Part shown: positions 26,430-34,734 of the stretch, piece after piece
How positions within the stretch are numbered: the stretch's first letter is position 1
How the letters are laid out: each line of letters starts with the position of its first letter
Assembly: GCA_964562245.1 (NCBI GenBank)
Contig: CAZLSF010000001.1
Coordinates: forward strand, 1-45,902
DNA: 45,902 nucleotides
Direction of reading: 5' to 3'
DNA from: an uncultured archaeon
GTDB taxonomy: Archaea > Aenigmatarchaeota > Aenigmatarchaeia > QMZS01
Notes under the pieces: generated by a model
The model's input: the letters and a program-made list of their open reading frames with translations, nothing else
Database searches by the model: none
Told to the model about the DNA's origin: nothing
Made by a program: the position numbers and the translations under genes

Positions 26430-26529
26430 AAAATTAAGTTGTAAACTTAAATAAAGTTTTCAGAAATTAATCCAATAAAATGTAGTATTAGATGAAAATG
26501 TGAGTTAGTTATAAACTATAAAATAATTT

Positions 26530-27834
26530 ATGGTGATTAAAGAATCTACTAAAAGCAATAACAAAGGATTTGTTAGGGTTATAGAAATTGTAATCTTTTC
26601 TTTTATTTTGTTTGTCTTACTCATGCCAACTTTCTTTTATTATTCTAATATAAATGATTGGAACAAAGCAAATGGTTTGTTGTTGTGTAATGATTTGCTT
26701 TATTCAATTGAAAAAAACAAAACTTTTGATAATGTTTTAAATCCTTTTGTTGAAAATTCAGATTTTTCTGGAGAACATCAAAAAGATTTGGAGTTGCTGA
26801 AAAATATTACTGATAGAGTCTTTCCGGTTGCTGTTGATTTTGACTATGAGATAAAAAATATCGCTCCTTACGAAATTTCTATTGGGTGTAATTGCACTCA
26901 GAGTCAGATAGACTGGCTAAATAAAGAAATTTTGACTCCAAGTTATCCAACAGTAAAATTCCCAATTAAACAGGTAAGTTTGAATAATTTATCCTCCGAA
27001 TATAATTTGTTTATTATTTTTGATAAAGTTAATTTATCCAAACCAAACATTAAATCAAATATTACCGCAATGCTAAAGAAAGGAAAAGGTTTTGTCTTAA
27101 TCAGAAATTTTTTATCTGATCCTGATCAATTTACAAAAGAACTCTTTGGTATTGATTTTTCTGGTGTTGGTTTCTCCACAAATAATTTGAGTTTTAATAA
27201 TTTATCAACTCCAAAAACAGCAGGAATTGCAAAGAGATTTATAAACAATCTAATTAGGATTAATCTATCTAATGGAAAAGGTATCTTGCAACTCAGAAAT
27301 GAAAGATTTGAAATAAATGCAACAAAAAATCACGTAAATATATCTGATTGCTCACTTTCTCAAGGAGATAGTTGCATACTTTCTGGAATTGCGAACATAA
27401 CTTTATTTCAAATTGATCCTCTTGATATAGATTGGGTGAGGGCAGATTTTGAGGAGTGGATAGACTTAAAAATTTCAGGAACTTCAAATCCGAGAGATTA
27501 TAGTTTTTATGACACTTTCCCGCTAAATGTTAATAAAAATAATTATACTATCTTATCATTTGGAACAAATACTGCTACAAATGCAAAAATTTTAAAAAAA
27601 TATTCTAAATCCTATGAAAATGAACCAAGGACTTTCTGGATTTATGATTATAACCAAACAAAAGATGACTTAAATTTACTTTTAAAAACAGGAATTATCT
27701 GGACCTCTGGAGAACACTATTTTGTATTTGACAAAAAAATTACAGATGAAAGAAATTATTGCCAGCATTTTTATTCAGGTCTAGACGAAAATAATATACC
27801 TTTTTTAGTTAAATTATATTTCTTTGGTTATTAA
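26530..27834 (+). CDS. large pilin-like/pseudopilin-like protein (434 aa) with N-terminal class III-like signal
   Basis: MVIKESTKSNNKG|FVRVIEIVIFSFILFVLLM. Gly-Phe followed by a Glu at +6 resembles bacterial prepilin sites. The rest is unrecognised and sequon-rich. Confidence 0.5.
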   Translation: MVIKESTKSNNKGFVRVIEIVIFSFILFVLLMPTFFYYSNINDWNKANGLLLCNDLLYSIEKNKTFDNVLNPFVENSDFSGEHQKDLELLKNITDRVFPVAVDFDYEIKNIAPYEISIGCNCTQSQIDWLNKEILTPSYPTVKFPIKQVSLNNLSSEYNLFIIFDKVNLSKPNIKSNITAMLKKGKGFVLIRNFLSDPDQFTKELFGIDFSGVGFSTNNLSFNNLSTPKTAGIAKRFINNLIRINLSNGKGILQLRNERFEINATKNHVNISDCSLSQGDSCILSGIANITLFQIDPLDIDWVRADFEEWIDLKISGTSNPRDYSFYDTFPLNVNKNNYTILSFGTNTATNAKILKKYSKSYENEPRTFWIYDYNQTKDDLNLLLKTGIIWTSGEHYFVFDKKITDERNYCQHFYSGLDENNIPFLVKLYFFGY

Positions 27835-27995
27835 ATTTTTGGAATTATATTTCTTTAGGGTATTGTAAAATATAACTGCCATTTTATCTCTTTCAGATTC
27901 GCAGTTACACCTTATGAAAAGACCTTTCCTTGTTATTTAATTACTCCATTTGGCTTAAGTTTTTCCTAAAGGTTTATTTTAAAAGAAAAAGTTTT

Positions 27996-28274
27996 ATGGA
28001 AGAGATAATAAAATTAAGATTGCCAAAAAAAGATGAAGTTATCGGAGTTGTTGAAGAAAAACTTGGAGGGGCTCATTTCAAAGTTTACTGCATGGATGAA
28101 AAAACCAGATTATGCAGAATTCCAGGAGCAAGAAAAAGAGATTTATGGATAGAACTCAACAGAATAGTGCTTGTAAAACCCTGGGAAGTGCAGTCAGATG
28201 AACGAGGAGATATAATAGCAAAATACGACAATCAGGGGGTAAAAGAACTTATTAAAAGAGGTCTTTATAAATAA
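27996..28274 (+). CDS. eif1a: translation initiation factor aIF-1A
   Basis: MEEIIKLRLPKKDEVIGVVEEKLGGAHFKVYCMDEKTRLCRIPGARKRDLWI...VLVKPW. The track start at 27930 is TTG; the ATG at 27996 gives the canonical length. Confidence 0.9.
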   Translation: MEEIIKLRLPKKDEVIGVVEEKLGGAHFKVYCMDEKTRLCRIPGARKRDLWIELNRIVLVKPWEVQSDERGDIIAKYDNQGVKELIKRGLYK

Positions 28275-28412
28275 TCTGAAATTATCTTTTAAACATATAC
28301 AAATATACGAAGTGCCGTAAGGCATTTGGGCATAACAAAGTGAAGCCGTATATCTGGTGTTAGATGTTGTAAATTTTTAGGGATTTTGTGGCCAAATATT
28401 AATACTCCTCAT

Positions 28413-28688
28413 TTATTTCATATCTTGATATATTTTCTTAAATAAAAACCATGTGTAACCTAAAGAGAGATATGCCTCTGTTATGTAAATTATGCCTATC
28501 CATAACACCACTGAGCCATATTCCTTTGCAGCACTGAGGATTATATTCGGGTCTCCGTGTGGGATGAACCACCATATCACAACTAGCGGCAGAGTCAATA
28601 GAAAATGCCAATACCTAATTTTCAGGGCAACTTCACTTGTAGCTATTTTTTTGGTTAAGAGATAAAGTAAAATGAGGTCGATTATCAC
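28413..28688 (-). CDS. hypothetical membrane protein (GTG start), possibly the 3' part of a frameshifted gene
   Basis: Hydrophobic 91-aa ORF starting at GTG. Its frame stays open upstream into the 3' end of ORF 28724..29014. Confidence 0.3.
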   Translation of the reverse strand: MIIDLILLYLLTKKIATSEVALKIRYWHFLLTLPLVVIWWFIPHGDPNIILSAAKEYGSVVLWIGIIYITEAYLSLGYTWFLFKKIYQDMK

Positions 28689-28723
28689 AAAGATATTCAG
28701 CCAGATATGGCCGGATGTAATGT

Positions 28724-29014
28724 TTATGTTAAGATACCTTCAATATATGTTTCAATCATCATCAGTTCAAGACACGGGTAAATGAGAAAGCCGAAAAAAA
28801 GGATAAGCAAAAAATATTCACCTGATGTGTCTCCCAGAACAGGCACCATTAGCCAGCTTATAATCATTTGAATTGTAAAAATCTTGATTCTGATTCTGTC
28901 AAAAAATATCAACTTATCGATTGGTTTTTTATACATATGTTTATTACTAACTTTTTGATTAATAAATCTTTTCCAGAGCAAAATCTCGTTAAGAAAATTT
29001 ATTGCATCTAACAA
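28724..29014 (-). CDS. hypothetical membrane protein (TTG start in track), possibly the 5' part of a frameshifted gene
   Basis: Hydrophobic ORF. The track start is TTG, and the first ATG is 26 codons in. Confidence 0.3.
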   Translation of the reverse strand: MLDAINFLNEILLWKRFINQKVSNKHMYKKPIDKLIFFDRIRIKIFTIQMIISWLMVPVLGDTSGEYFLLILFFGFLIYPCLELMMIETYIEGILT

Positions 29015-29052
29015 TTATTGAGGGTAAAATAAAAAAAATAATATAATTTTAT

Positions 29053-29350
29053 GCCTCAGTAGCTCAGTTAAACTGCAAACAGCATTCATCAAAAATGATG
29101 CCCTTTTTCGCGTTGCGAAAAATAAGGTTTTATCATTTGGTCTGCCTTTGCTTAAATACCTTAAAAAAACTCGGCAAGCTTTCAAAAAGTTTCAGTTTAG
29201 AGAAATCTGGTAGAGTGCGTGCTTGGTAAGCACGAGGTCCCGGGTTCAACGCAACTCTTTTCACAGGCGAAGCAAATGCTTGTCTTTTAGACTGTACCCT
29301 ATTTGCTTTGCAAAATGGAAAGGTATAAAGTGAAAACCCCGGCTGAGGCT
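29053..29350 (+). tRNA. tRNA-Thr (anticodon GGU) interrupted by two introns (D-loop ~29069-29206; T-loop ~29250-29335)
   Basis: The exons assemble into a 74-nt cloverleaf. Acceptor stem GCCUCAG/CUGAGGC. D stem GCUC/GAGU. Anticodon stem CGUGC/GCACG with loop UUGGUAA. Variable region AGGUC. T stem CCGGG/CCCGG with loop UUCAAAC. Discriminator U. The ends of the D-loop intron pair (UUAAACUG...CAGUUUAG). Confidence 0.75.
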
Positions 29351-29358
29351 TATTTTAA

Positions 29359-30393
29359 TTAAACCCGCCAATCTAAATAATCTCTAATAACTTCTTTTAA
29401 TTCCAAGGTATCAAATACCTTCCTGCCTAAAAATTCATTTGCTGTGGAAGTATACATATTTGATACAATTCTGTTTAAGTCCACATCCAACTGAGGGGGT
29501 TCTGACCTGCAAATTTTTCTCCAATCCTTTATTCCTTTTTCTTTAGCAATTTTTTTGGCATTTTCTACATCATTCGCCCAAGAAGTATTCCTATAATATT
29601 CTCTCGCAATTTCCTTACTCACAGGAATACCTTTATAAGTGAACCTGCATTCATCTAAAGTTCCCAGCACATCAACAAGCATTAATTCCCTGTCTGTATT
29701 GTAAGCTAATTCTATTTTACCATCTTCATTAACCAAACCCGCTTTCCCAGCAATTTTAGTAATTAAATTATTTGTTTTTAAAAGAGTTTCTTTAATTTCA
29801 TCTGTTTCTTCATCAGTTAATCCAGCCAATTTCTGGGCTTCCTCCCAATTTATATACCTATCTGTTTCCTCCAGTTTTGTACTTACATCCAAAAAAGGTC
29901 TGTTTAATTTTTCTCCTTGCTCAGGATAATGATCCAATCCCAAATCTTTATAACTAATATCTCCTCTTTCCAGTCTCCTGAAAACACTCGAACCCTTTGG
30001 CAAATAATTCCTATAAATTATCTCAAGAGGGATAAGTAAATTATTAATTGCTTGTCTGCTCGCATAATCATATTTCCCGTCTTTGAATTCAGGGGGAAAT
30101 ACCCTGACTAAATAAACTTCCATCACATTCGTTGGCTCCTCAAGTTCATCTGTGTAAACAACATTCCCATCTTTATTCACAAGACCGCGATAATGGGTAT
30201 TAATTCCCTTATCTTCTGCTCTTTCAAAACAATAACCTCCAGTTATGCACAAAGAGGCTCCCTTATCTTCAATAGGATTCGGCATTTTTCCCCAATCAAA
30301 AACAGAATAATCATCAGAGAATTTAAATCTCCCAATACCTAAACTATCTCCCTCTGGTTTTTTTAAAATCTCCAAATCCTTAACACTCCCCAT
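29359..30393 (-). CDS. purC: phosphoribosylaminoimidazole-succinocarboxamide (SAICAR) synthase
   Basis: Aligns by eye with PurC/Ade1: GSVKDLE, FSDDYSVFDW, LIPLEIIYRNYL, STKLEETDR, EDGKIELAY, LMLVDVLGTLDECRF. Confidence 0.8.
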   Translation of the reverse strand: MGSVKDLEILKKPEGDSLGIGRFKFSDDYSVFDWGKMPNPIEDKGASLCITGGYCFERAEDKGINTHYRGLVNKDGNVVYTDELEEPTNVMEVYLVRVFPPEFKDGKYDYASRQAINNLLIPLEIIYRNYLPKGSSVFRRLERGDISYKDLGLDHYPEQGEKLNRPFLDVSTKLEETDRYINWEEAQKLAGLTDEETDEIKETLLKTNNLITKIAGKAGLVNEDGKIELAYNTDRELMLVDVLGTLDECRFTYKGIPVSKEIAREYYRNTSWANDVENAKKIAKEKGIKDWRKICRSEPPQLDVDLNRIVSNMYTSTANEFLGRKVFDTLELKEVIRDYLDWRV

Positions 30394-30585
30394 TATTTGT
30401 TAATGATTATATCTTTAATAATTCTTCAGTTAAAAACATCTAAAATTACAATCTCTTTTTCTCTTTCTTTATTCTTCTCTTGATTTTCCTCATTCTCGAT
30501 TTCACAGAATTCTTTGGCATAATAATCTATATAAATTTAAAATATCAAACAGTACTTGATTTATTAATTAGAAATCCCAATATTT

Positions 30586-33417
30586 ATGGATTTCAGGAAA
30601 ATTGAGGAAAAATGGAAGAAAAAATGGGAAGAAGAAAAGATATTTGAATCAAATCCCGATAATAGGGAGAAATTCTTTGTAAATGTTGCTTATCCTTATG
30701 TAAATGGTTACGGGCATCTTGGTCACTTATTTACTTTTCTAAGAACTGAAATTCTGGCGAGATTCAAGAGAATGCAGGGATATAATGTTCTTTTCCCGCA
30801 GGGATTTCACGCAACCGGACAGCCAATTGTTGCCGCAGCAAAGAGAATAAAAGAAAAAGAAGAAAAACAGACCAAAATTCTTAAAGATATGGGGATTCCA
30901 GAAGAAGATATAGAAAAATTTTCAGATGTAAACCACTGGATAGAATATTTTCCTGAAAAATGGAAGGAAAATTTAAAGAATCTTGGTTTTTCAATTGACT
31001 GGAGGCGGAGTTTTATAACGACAGAAATAAATAAACCTTACGACAGTTTTGTAAAATGGCAGTTTATGAAATTAAAAGAAAAAAATCTTGTAAACAAAGG
31101 AAACCATGCTGTTATTTTCTGCGAGAAATGCGGATTTCCGATCGGGGACCATGACCGTGCAGAAGGAGAAGGTGTTGTTCCAGAAGAAGTTATATTATTG
31201 AAATTTGAACTTGATGGTGTTAAACTCCCTGTGATGACCTACAGACCAGAAACAATTTATGGGGTAACTAATCTTTGGATAAATCCTGATGAAACCTATC
31301 TTCAGGTAGAAGTTTCAAGAGAAAACCTCAAAGAAAACTGGGTAATATCAAAGGAAATGGTTGAAAACCTGAAAAAACAGGATTTTGAAGTAAATGAGAT
31401 TAAAGAAATAAAAGGCTCTGATTTTATAAAAAAGAAAGTCCTGAACCCAGTAACAAATAAAGAAATAATAATCCTCCCCGCAAGTTTTGTTGATATAAAA
31501 ATAGGGTCAGGAATTGTAATGTGCGTTCCCGCGCATGCTCCTTTTGATTATGCGGGCGTCAAAGAACTTAGAGAGAATAAGGAACTCAGGGAAAAATATG
31601 AGTTAAAAAAAGAAGACCTGAATTTTGATTTTATCTCATTAATAAAACTAGAAGAATTCGGAGAATTTCCCGGTGTTGAACTTGTTGAAAAAATGAAAAT
31701 CAAGTCCCAGAAAGAAAAAGATAAACTTGAGATGGCAACAAAAGAAATCTATAAAAAAGAATTTCACTCAGGAATTCTAAAGATAAAAGGATTTGAAGGA
31801 AAAAAAGTTTTTGAGATAAAAGACGAACTTACTGATAAATTTATAAGAGAAGGAATAGGTATAAAATATTTCATACTTCCTGAAAAAGTGATTTGCAGAT
31901 GTCTTACTCCTGCTGTAATTAGAATTGTGAAAGACCAGTGGTTTATCAATTACAGCAATAAAGAACTGAAGAAAAAAACTCATAAACTTGCGGACAAGAT
32001 GAGATATTACCCTCCTGAGATAAAGGATAATTTTCACTATACAATTGACTGGCTCAATGACTGGGCATGCACAAGAGATAAAAAAACATCAATAGGAACA
32101 ACACTCCCTTTTGATGAAACGCAGATGATAGAGAGCCTATCTGACAGCACTTTATATATGGCTTATTATACAATCTCAAATTATCTTCAGGAAAGAAAAC
32201 TGAAAAATGATAAAATCCTAAACGAAGAATTTTTTGATTATGTTTTCCTTGGAAAAAATGATATTAACAAAATATCTGAAGATAACAAAATAGGTATAGA
32301 AACTCTCAAAAAAATGAGAGAAGAATTCCTCTACTGGTACAAAAACGGTTTTCAGGTGAGAAATTCAGGGAAAGATTTAATACAGAACCATCTTACTTTC
32401 TGCATGTTAAACCACGTAGCAATTTTCCCTGAAGAAAATCTTCCAACAGGGATTAGTGTAAACGGGCATGTTATGCTGGATGGAAAAAAGATGAGCAAAA
32501 GCAAAGGAAATGTTATTTTTATAAAAGATGCAATTAATGATTACCCTATTGATGTCCTTCGGTTTGTAGTCGCTTACGCGGGAACAGCAGGTCTGGATGA
32601 TGCAAATATTGAATTGAAAGAAAGCAAATCAATCAGAGCAAAGTTAAAAAAATTTTATGAGTTTGCAATATCTGACCACGAAACCTATGAAGAATCCAAA
32701 AGTATAGATAAATGGTTTGAATCTGTAATGAATCGTACAATGAAAAAAGTTTATGAAAATTATGATAATCTTGAAACAAAATCAGTTTTGCAAATTGGGT
32801 TTTTTGAACTGCAGAATCATTTTAGGTGGTATAAAAGAAGGACAACCAACTACAACAAAAAACTTTTGTCAAAATTCATAGAACTGCAGACAAAAATTCT
32901 CGCTCCAATCACTCCATTTCTCTGCGAGGAAATCTGGGAAAATATTGGAAACCGGGGATTTATAAGTTTAGATAAATTACCTGGAGTTGACGAAGAAAAA
33001 ATTGACGAGACTGCTGAGAAAAATGAAGAAATAATCTCAAATCTTCTCGAAGATATTAAAGTTGTGATTGAACTTGCAAAAATCGAGCAACCAAAAAAGA
33101 TTAAAATTGTTGTTCCTGAGGAATGGAAATACCAATTATTCTCTAAGTTGGAAAAGAAACTTGAAGAAACCCATAATTTTGGTGAATTAATAAAAGAATC
33201 TATGAAATTTGAAGAAGCAAGAAAAAAATCAAAGGAAATTCAGAGATTAATCAAAAGAATTCTGAGTAGTGGAACCGGAATATTCAATCCTGAAGAAGAA
33301 AAATTGCTTGAAGAAAACAAAGAATTTTTAGAGAAAGAATTTGAATGTAAAATTGAGATTACAAAAGATTTAATAAAAGAATCATGGCCAGGGAAATTTG
33401 GGATTTTAGTTGAATAA
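30586..33417 (+). CDS. leuS: leucyl-tRNA synthetase (archaeal type)
   Basis: 943 aa. HIGH-type motif YVNGYGHLGH. Editing-domain insertion present. KMSKS motif KMSKSKGN. The C-terminal extension is typical of archaeal LeuRS. Confidence 0.95.
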   Translation: MDFRKIEEKWKKKWEEEKIFESNPDNREKFFVNVAYPYVNGYGHLGHLFTFLRTEILARFKRMQGYNVLFPQGFHATGQPIVAAAKRIKEKEEKQTKILKDMGIPEEDIEKFSDVNHWIEYFPEKWKENLKNLGFSIDWRRSFITTEINKPYDSFVKWQFMKLKEKNLVNKGNHAVIFCEKCGFPIGDHDRAEGEGVVPEEVILLKFELDGVKLPVMTYRPETIYGVTNLWINPDETYLQVEVSRENLKENWVISKEMVENLKKQDFEVNEIKEIKGSDFIKKKVLNPVTNKEIIILPASFVDIKIGSGIVMCVPAHAPFDYAGVKELRENKELREKYELKKEDLNFDFISLIKLEEFGEFPGVELVEKMKIKSQKEKDKLEMATKEIYKKEFHSGILKIKGFEGKKVFEIKDELTDKFIREGIGIKYFILPEKVICRCLTPAVIRIVKDQWFINYSNKELKKKTHKLADKMRYYPPEIKDNFHYTIDWLNDWACTRDKKTSIGTTLPFDETQMIESLSDSTLYMAYYTISNYLQERKLKNDKILNEEFFDYVFLGKNDINKISEDNKIGIETLKKMREEFLYWYKNGFQVRNSGKDLIQNHLTFCMLNHVAIFPEENLPTGISVNGHVMLDGKKMSKSKGNVIFIKDAINDYPIDVLRFVVAYAGTAGLDDANIELKESKSIRAKLKKFYEFAISDHETYEESKSIDKWFESVMNRTMKKVYENYDNLETKSVLQIGFFELQNHFRWYKRRTTNYNKKLLSKFIELQTKILAPITPFLCEEIWENIGNRGFISLDKLPGVDEEKIDETAEKNEEIISNLLEDIKVVIELAKIEQPKKIKIVVPEEWKYQLFSKLEKKLEETHNFGELIKESMKFEEARKKSKEIQRLIKRILSSGTGIFNPEEEKLLEENKEFLEKEFECKIEITKDLIKESWPGKFGILVE

Positions 33418-33436
33418 AGCTAATTTACAGCTTAAT

Positions 33437-33976
33437 TCATATGTTTAATTTACCAGCAATCTCCTTATATCTTTTTCTTATTATACCTTCACTCACACCA
33501 AGATCCATATGCAATTTTTTTTGTGTTATTGGCTCATTGCAGAGTTTAGAAGCTATATAAATTGCACCTGCAGCAGTCCCTAAAGGAGGATAATTATTAT
33601 AATCTTTAAGAAATTCACCTTTATAGATTTCCAATAGGTTTTTTGTTGTTTTCGGAATACAGTCTCCATATACATCCATTAAATTACACATAGAATCTAT
33701 TCTTTCAATAGGTTCTCTTCTTTTTATTCCTGTTTCCTTTCTTATCTTAGATAAAAGTCTAAATTTTGGTAATGGAATTTTCCCTGGTATTGCGCAGGAA
33801 TACTTATCACAGGCTAAATATAATGCAACATTTGCTTTAGTTTCTCCATCATAACGAATAGACTTAATATCACCCTCATAAAGATTCATTGCTTCATTTA
33901 ATAATACTTCTTTAGATCTCTGTGAAAGTGAAGTGTCATCCAGGATAGCCTTAAGATAGCCCTCTATTTCTACCAT
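33437..33976 (-). CDS. TFIIB/TFB cyclin-fold core-only protein (no zinc ribbon or B-reader)
   Basis: 179 aa. The C-terminal repeat GTAAGAIYIASKLCNEPITQKKLHMDLGVSEGIIRKRYKEIAGKL is a clear TFIIB repeat with HTH. A degenerate first repeat lies around ANVALYLACDKY. No CxxC pairs occur at the N-terminus. Confidence 0.7.
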   Translation of the reverse strand: MVEIEGYLKAILDDTSLSQRSKEVLLNEAMNLYEGDIKSIRYDGETKANVALYLACDKYSCAIPGKIPLPKFRLLSKIRKETGIKRREPIERIDSMCNLMDVYGDCIPKTTKNLLEIYKGEFLKDYNNYPPLGTAAGAIYIASKLCNEPITQKKLHMDLGVSEGIIRKRYKEIAGKLNI

Positions 33977-34301
33977 TATATTACTTATAAATAATATTTA
34001 AAGCATTTGCTTATTCATTATCTGTAAAACAAAGATTATAAGTCTCAGCAAATTTAATATAAAAGATTTCAATATACCCGAAACAACCAATAAATATAGC
34101 ACCCATATCTACATCATTCAGTATATTATAAACCATTTTTTTACCTCTTAAATACTTTTATTCTCTTGACATATAATTTGCATAATCCTCTGTAATAATA
34201 TTCATTATAATAAATAAAAATATTTACATAAAATTTAAGTTCCATTTCAGAAAAATATAATTAATTCTGATTAAATTATTATAATCAAAAACCAATAAAA
34301 A

Positions 34302-34610
34302 TTATCCGAACAAAGAACTCAATCCTGTTGCTGCTGCCTCTGCTTTCTTCTCTGTGTCCTCTTCTTTCTTTTCCTCTTTCTTCTCTTCTCCTCCTGCTGA
34401 TGTGGTTGGAGCTGCTGCTACTGGAGCTGCCACTGCAGAACTCAAGACCTCTTCAATATTAACTTCTTTTAAATTTTCCACAGTTGATTTAACCATTGCT
34501 TTATCTGCTTCTAAACCAACAGATTCTATAATTTTAGATATTGAAGCCTCATCAATTTCCTTTTTTGCCTCGTGCAACAATAATGCTGCGTATATATATT
34601 CAAGTCCCAT
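34302..34610 (-). CDS. rpl12: ribosomal stalk protein P1 (L12P)
   Basis: MGLEYIYAALLLHEA..., an Ala/Pro hinge, an acidic EEKKEEKKEED region, and a C-terminal GLSSLFG. Confidence 0.9.
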   Translation of the reverse strand: MGLEYIYAALLLHEAKKEIDEASISKIIESVGLEADKAMVKSTVENLKEVNIEEVLSSAVAAPVAAAPTTSAGGEEKKEEKKEEDTEKKAEAAATGLSSLFG

Positions 34611-34734
34611 AATAAGATTAGAAAACTTTAAAAGTAACCCTTTCCATTAAAGATTCAACAATTCAGATTATCAAAATAAAAATAATTAATCAAAATAAAC
34701 TTTCCCAACCGCAATAATCAATCCTCAAAATAAT

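Noticed and set aside
29088-29100. C-box-like AUGAUGC inside the D-loop intron of tRNA-Thr(GGU), suggesting an intron-encoded C/D box sRNA as in the haloarchaeal tRNA-Trp intron.
   Set aside because: It is only a 6/7 match to RUGAUGA. There is no CUGA D box at a suitable distance and no C'/D' pair. A similar tgatga near 36530 also lacks a D box within ~60 nt.
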